Below, one piece after another: positions 26,626 through 32,000 of a DNA stretch of 32,000 nt. Within the stretch, counting starts at the first letter, position 1; every line of letters starts with the position of its first letter. Both the position numbers and the translations under genes were made by a program. The notes under the pieces were generated by a model. The model worked only from the letters and a program-made list of their open reading frames with translations, was not told the origin of the DNA and searched no databases. The stretch comes from Mogibacterium diversum (lineage in GTDB: Bacteria > Bacillota > Clostridia > Peptostreptococcales > Anaerovoracaceae), in the NCBI RefSeq assembly GCF_002998925.1, contig NZ_CP027228.1:50717-82716 (forward strand), given 5' to 3'.

Positions 26626-29600
26626 ATGACTAAAAACGATAACAATCAAGATCTTAGAAATTTTGAATCCCTACAGATCAAGTTGGCTTCAACAGAGAAG
26701 ATGCTTGAGTGGTCTCACGGTGAGGTAACAAAGCCTGAGACTATCAACTACAGAACTCTCAAGCCTGAAAGAGACGGACTCTTCTGCGAGAAGATTTTCG
26801 GACCTACTAAGGATTGGGTGTGCTCCTGTGGAAAATACAATAAAATTCGCTTTAAGGGCATCGTTTGCCCTTACTGCGGAGTTGAAGTAACGAAGTCCAA
26901 GGTTAGAAGAGAGAGAATGGGTCATATTCAGCTTGTTAGCCCTGTATCTCATATTTGGTACTTCAAGGGAATCCCTTCAAGAATCGGTCTCGTGCTCGAT
27001 ATCACTCCTAAGCAGCTAGAGAGAGTGCTGTATTTTGCAGCATATGTCGTAACTGATCCAGGAGAGACTCCATTCGAGTACAAGCAGATTATCGAAGAGA
27101 ATCAGTATAACGAAGCTCGCGAGATTTACGGAAAGAACTTCGAGGCAGCGATGGGTGCAGAGGCTATCAAGAAGCTGCTAGAAAATATCGATGTAGATGA
27201 AGAAACTGAACTTCTTAGAGAACAGCTTAAGAAGGCAACTGGACAGAAGAGGATTCGTCTAGTTAAGAGACTCGAAGTTATCGAGGCTCTAAAGCAGTCT
27301 GATAATAGACCTGAGTGGATGATTCTTGACGTAGTTCCTGTAATTCCGCCTGATCTTAGACCTATGGTTCAGCTAGAGGGTGGTAGATTCGCTACATCTG
27401 ACCTTAACGACCTATATAGAAGAGTTATCAACAGAAACAACAGACTTAAGAAGCTGCTCGAGCTGGGAGCACCTGATATCATCGTTAGAAACGAGAAGAG
27501 AATGCTTCAGGAGTCTGTTGACTCCCTAATTGATAACGGCAGAAGAGGCAGAGCGGTTACTGGTGCTGCTGGTAGACAGCTTAAGTCGCTTTCTGACATG
27601 CTCAAAGGTAAGCAGGGACGTTTCCGTCAGAACCTACTCGGTAAGCGTGTTGACTACTCTGGTCGTTCTGTAATCGTAGTAGGACCTGAACTGAAATTCT
27701 ATCAGTGCGGACTTCCTAAAACGATGGCGCTAGAGCTGTTCAAGCCGTTCATTATGAAAGAGCTTGTAGAGCGTGAACTTGCGCATAACATTAAGAGTGC
27801 AAAGACAATGGTTGAGAAGATGAAGTCCGAGGTGTGGGACGTTCTCGACTACGTAATTAAGGACCATCCGGTACTTTTAAACCGTGCTCCGACACTGCAC
27901 AGACTCGGAATTCAGGCTTTTGAACCTGTTCTAGTAGAAGGTAAGGCCATTAAGCTTCATCCGCTGGTTTGTACAGCGTTCAACGCCGACTTCGATGGAG
28001 ACCAGATGGCTGTGCACGTACCTCTATCAGTAGAGGCGCAGGCAGAGGCTAGATTCCTCATGCTTTCGGTTAATAATATCCTTGCTCCTAAGGATGGTTC
28101 GCCTATCACAATTCCTACTCAGGACATGATCCTCGGAAGCTACTACCTCACCCATGAGGGTACAGAGGCTCGTAACCTTGAGAATGAAAAGGGTGACGGA
28201 AAGTGCTTTGCAGATATCGATGAGATGCTCATGGCATACAGGAATCATGCTGTAGGAATTCACGCAAAGGTTAAGGTTAGAAGACAGGCGTTCCCTGGAG
28301 ATCCAGGAAAGCTGGTAGAGTCTACAGTAGGTAGATTTATCTTCAATCAAGGGCTCCCTCAGGATATGGGCTTTGTAAATAGAGACGAAGATCCGTATTC
28401 ACTCGAGGTAGACTTCCTCTGCGATAAAAAGAAACTTGGTGTCATTATCGACAAGTGCTTCAAGAAGCACGGTAATACAAGAACGGTTCTCATGCTCGAC
28501 TATGTAAAGAGCATCGGTTACCACTATTCAACTAAGGCGGCTGTTACAATAAGTGTATCCGACATGGAGGTTCCTGAGGAGAAGGCTGAAATCGTTGCAG
28601 CGGCTGATAAGCAGGTAGATAAGTTTGAGGCTGCATACAGGCGTGGTCTGATGACGGATAGAGAACGTTACGACAGAATCATCAAGACTTGGAAGGATGC
28701 AACTGATCAGGTTGCTGACGCCCTGATGGATTCTCTAGGACCTCTCAACAATCTATTCATCATGGCAAGCTCTGGAGCCAGAGGTAACAAGTCTCAGATC
28801 AGCCAGGTTGGTGGTATGAGAGGACTTATGGCTAATGCGACAGGACACACTGTAGAGATTCCTATCAAGGCTAACTTCCGTGAAGGTCTATCCATACTGG
28901 AGTACTTCATTTCGTCAAATGGTGCTCGTAAGGGTCTTGCGGATACAGCGCTACGTACTGCTGACTCCGGATATCTAACAAGAAGACTTGTAGATATTTC
29001 TCATAGTGTAATCGTAACTGAGGATGACTGCGGAGCAGAAGAAGGCGTTGAAATCAAGGCGTTTACAGATGGCAAGGAAGTTATCGAGCCACTATCACAG
29101 AGAATTGCAGGCAGATTTGTTACTGAAGCTGTTGTGCATCCAGAAACTGGCGAGGTTCTCGCTGCTGAAGGCGACTTTATCGAAGATGATGTTGCAGAAG
29201 CAATTGAGGCAGCTGGAGTCGAAGTGGTTAAGATTAGATCTGTCATGACTTGTCAGGCAGAGCACGGAGTTTGCGCTAAGTGCTACGGCAGAAACCTCGC
29301 TACAGGAACTGCAGTTCTACCAGGTGAGACTGTTGGTATCATTGCCGCTCAGTCTATCGGTGAGCCGGGTACGCAGCTGACTATGAGAACGTTCCACACT
29401 GGTGGTGTAGCAGGAAGCGATATCACACAGGGTCTCCCAAGAGTTGAGGAACTGTTCGAAGCTAGAAAGCCTAAGGGTCTAGCTGAAATCTGTGAGGGAG
29501 ATGGAGAGGTTGTATCCATCGAGCCAACTGATGACAACAGAACTAGCGTTGTTGTTAAGGAGGAAGGTGGCAACCGCGAGTACATCATCTCTTACGGATC

Positions 29601-30258
29601 AAGACTCAATGTAAAGGTTGGTGACACTGTATATGCAGGTGGTCAGATTACAAAGGGACCTCTCGATCCACATGATGTAATGAGAATTCTCGGCGTTCAG
29701 GGAGTATACGAGTACTTGCTGCGCGAGGTTCAGAGAGTATACAGACAACAGGGTGTAGACATCAACGACAAGCACGTTGAGGTAATCGCATCTCAGATGC
29801 TATCAAAGTACAAAATCGAAAAGGCAGGAGATACAAATCTGCTTCCTGGAAGTATGTACAGCATCAACGAGATTAACAAGGCGAATGCTGAGATTGATCC
29901 AGAAGAAGGCGAGCCAGCTACATACGAACGTCAATTGCTTGGTATCACCAAGGCTGCTCTTGCAACAAGTTCATTCCTGTCCGCCGCATCATTCCAGGAG
30001 ACAACTCGTGTCCTGACAGACGCTGCGGTTAAGGGTAAGACAGACCATCTAGACGGACTCAAAGAGAACGTCATGATTGGTAAACTAATTCCAGCAGGAA
30101 CAGGCATGAAACGTTATGGAGCGGTTGAGGTTGATTACGGTGAAAATGAGCCTCTTATGAACTCAAGCTACGATGACGAGAACATGGTTCTCAAGATGCC
30201 ATCGGCGAATGTTCAGCCACAGGCTATAGCGCCGCTATACGATGGCATTGAGGAATAA
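26626..30258 (+). CDS. rpoC: DNA-directed RNA polymerase beta' subunit
   Basis: N-terminal zinc-binding Cys cluster (CSCGKY...CPYCGVEV) and the catalytic NADFDGDQM motif. 1210 aa. Confidence 0.98.
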   Translation: MTKNDNNQDLRNFESLQIKLASTEKMLEWSHGEVTKPETINYRTLKPERDGLFCEKIFGPTKDWVCSCGKYNKIRFKGIVCPYCGVEVTKSKVRRERMGHIQLVSPVSHIWYFKGIPSRIGLVLDITPKQLERVLYFAAYVVTDPGETPFEYKQIIEENQYNEAREIYGKNFEAAMGAEAIKKLLENIDVDEETELLREQLKKATGQKRIRLVKRLEVIEALKQSDNRPEWMILDVVPVIPPDLRPMVQLEGGRFATSDLNDLYRRVINRNNRLKKLLELGAPDIIVRNEKRMLQESVDSLIDNGRRGRAVTGAAGRQLKSLSDMLKGKQGRFRQNLLGKRVDYSGRSVIVVGPELKFYQCGLPKTMALELFKPFIMKELVERELAHNIKSAKTMVEKMKSEVWDVLDYVIKDHPVLLNRAPTLHRLGIQAFEPVLVEGKAIKLHPLVCTAFNADFDGDQMAVHVPLSVEAQAEARFLMLSVNNILAPKDGSPITIPTQDMILGSYYLTHEGTEARNLENEKGDGKCFADIDEMLMAYRNHAVGIHAKVKVRRQAFPGDPGKLVESTVGRFIFNQGLPQDMGFVNRDEDPYSLEVDFLCDKKKLGVIIDKCFKKHGNTRTVLMLDYVKSIGYHYSTKAAVTISVSDMEVPEEKAEIVAAADKQVDKFEAAYRRGLMTDRERYDRIIKTWKDATDQVADALMDSLGPLNNLFIMASSGARGNKSQISQVGGMRGLMANATGHTVEIPIKANFREGLSILEYFISSNGARKGLADTALRTADSGYLTRRLVDISHSVIVTEDDCGAEEGVEIKAFTDGKEVIEPLSQRIAGRFVTEAVVHPETGEVLAAEGDFIEDDVAEAIEAAGVEVVKIRSVMTCQAEHGVCAKCYGRNLATGTAVLPGETVGIIAAQSIGEPGTQLTMRTFHTGGVAGSDITQGLPRVEELFEARKPKGLAEICEGDGEVVSIEPTDDNRTSVVVKEEGGNREYIISYGSRLNVKVGDTVYAGGQITKGPLDPHDVMRILGVQGVYEYLLREVQRVYRQQGVDINDKHVEVIASQMLSKYKIEKAGDTNLLPGSMYSINEINKANAEIDPEEGEPATYERQLLGITKAALATSSFLSAASFQETTRVLTDAAVKGKTDHLDGLKENVMIGKLIPAGTGMKRYGAVEVDYGENEPLMNSSYDDENMVLKMPSANVQPQAIAPLYDGIEE

Positions 30259-30311
30259 AACGAGACGTGATTAAGCTACAAACCATGCAAATTAATCATG
30301 CATAATAAAAT

Positions 30312-30343
30312 AGCCGATGCATTGACAATTCAGTGCATCGGCT
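30312..30343 (+). other. Perfect 10-bp inverted repeat downstream of rpoC (possible weak terminator or operator)
   Basis: agccgatgca (30312-30321) pairs with tgcatcggct (30334-30343). The 12-nt loop contains TTGACA. Confidence 0.5.
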
Positions 30344-30351
30344 GTTATAAT
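30322..30351 (+). promoter_or_regulatory. Consensus sigma-A promoter of the rpsL-rpsG-fusA (str) operon
   Basis: TTGACA (30322-30327), 18-nt spacer, TATAAT (30346-30351), about 85 nt upstream of rpsL. Confidence 0.6.
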
Positions 30352-30436
30352 ATGTAGGTTCAATATACTAAGCGGAGACTGCCTAGATAGTCACTGCTTG
30401 TTTGAATGAGTTAATTTTATAAGAAAGGAGACAATA

Positions 30437-30850
30437 ATGCCTACTATTAACCAATTAGTTCGTCAGGGCAGAAAGAGTGCAATTAAGAAGTCAGGTTCCC
30501 CAGCTCTTGGTAAGAACATGAACAACCTTAAGAAAACTCTTACTGATGTAAATTCGCCTCAGAAGAGGGGAGTATGCGTTGCAGTTAAGACTGTAACTCC
30601 TAAGAAGCCTAACTCGGCGCTTAGAAAAGTTGCCAGAGTTCGCTTGACTAACGGTATCGAAGTAACAGCATATATTCCTGGAATCGGTCATAACCTACAG
30701 GAGCACAGTGTTGTACTAATCAGAGGCGGAAGAGTTAAGGATCTCCCTGGTGTGAGATATCACATCGTTAGAGGAACACTTGACGCAGCTGGCGTATCGG
30801 GTCGTGGTCAGGGACGTTCCAAGTATGGAGCAAAGAGACCTAAGAAGTAA
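30437..30850 (+). CDS. rpsL: 30S ribosomal protein S12
   Basis: [13 protein letters not shown]..., [28 protein letters not shown]. Confidence 0.98.
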   Translation: MPTINQLVRQGRKSAIKKSGSPALGKNMNNLKKTLTDVNSPQKRGVCVAVKTVTPKKPNSALRKVARVRLTNGIEVTAYIPGIGHNLQEHSVVLIRGGRVKDLPGVRYHIVRGTLDAAGVSGRGQGRSKYGAKRPKK

Positions 30851-30868
30851 TTGATTTCGGGATATTGT

Positions 30869-31420
<552 letters not shown>

Positions 31421-31471
31421 TCTGAGATGATACACCTTACAGAGATTAGATAAAAGCAGGAAGGAGGAGTT

Positions 31472-32000
31472 ATGGCTAGACAATTTTCTCTAGAAAATAC
31501 CAGAAATATTGGAATCATGGCCCACATCGATGCTGGTAAAACAACAACTACTGAGAGAATCCTTTATTACACAGGAAAGACTCATAAGATCGGTGAGACT
31601 CATGATGGTGCTGCTACCATGGACTACATGGCTCAGGAGCAGGAGCGTGGTATTACAATTACCTCTGCTGCTACAACCGCTCAGTGGAACGGCACAAGAA
31701 TTAACATTATCGATACCCCAGGACACGTTGACTTTACTGTTGAGGTAGAGAGATCACTTCGTGTACTTGATGGTGCTGTAATGGTACTAAGTGCTAAGGA
31801 AGGTGTTGAGCCTCAGTCCGAGACAGTATGGAGACAGGCTGAGAAGTATAATGTTCCAAGAATGATTTTCGTTAATAAGATGGACATCCTAGGAGCTAAC
31901 TTCTTCCACGTAATCGATACTATTCACGATAGACTAAGAGCTAACGCTGTACCTGTTCAGATTCCAATCGGTTCTGAGAACATGTTCGAAGGAATTATCG
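31472..32000 (+). CDS. fusA: Elongation factor G (5' part, runs off the window)
   Basis: Absent from the ORF track because there is no stop in the window. ATG at 31472 (GGAGGAG upstream) gives [35 protein letters not shown]...DTPGHVDF...NKMD, covering GTPase motifs G1, G3 and G4. Confidence 0.95.
   Translation, partial: MARQFSLENTRNIGIMAHIDAGKTTTTERILYYTGKTHKIGETHDGAATMDYMAQEQERGITITSAATTAQWNGTRINIIDTPGHVDFTVEVERSLRVLDGAVMVLSAKEGVEPQSETVWRQAEKYNVPRMIFVNKMDILGANFFHVIDTIHDRLRANAVPVQIPIGSENMFEGII

Overview
This window is mostly a conserved low-GC Gram-positive (Bacillota, probably Clostridia-like) housekeeping block, almost all on the + strand. The gene order is LMW-PTP, radA, [minus-strand two-component system plus a large LRR surface protein], carD, yacL-like PIN/TRAM, fused ispDF, proS, a split chrA pair, cysS, mrnC, thyA, folA, rlmB, rpmG, secE, nusG, rplK, rplA, L10 leader, rplJ, rplL, rpoB, rpoC, rpsL, rpsG and fusA (truncated at the window end). 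I saw no tRNA or rRNA genes, CRISPR arrays, transposases, integrases or recognisable defence genes. I do not find a convincing undescribed multi-gene system. The clearest accessory region is a module of about 6 kb (2236-8290) between radA and carD. It holds an OmpR-type regulator, a histidine kinase and a divergently transcribed 1165-aa LRR/MucBP-like surface protein with a non-LPXTG (VQTG) sorting signal. Other points worth a second look:
- lineage-specific insertions into the conserved block (chrA pair, thyA-folA);
- a fused ispDF;
- tail extensions on RlmB (basic N-terminus) and RpoB (acidic C-terminus);
- several structured or regulatory intergenic regions.
Several ORF-track starts run too far upstream. 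I re-set them to Shine-Dalgarno-supported starts: the LRR gene, yacL, proS, thyA, secE, rplA, rplJ, rplL and rpsG. Two genes missing from the track were found by direct translation: rpmG and the 5' part of fusA. All product calls rest on motif recognition by eye; no database search was possible.
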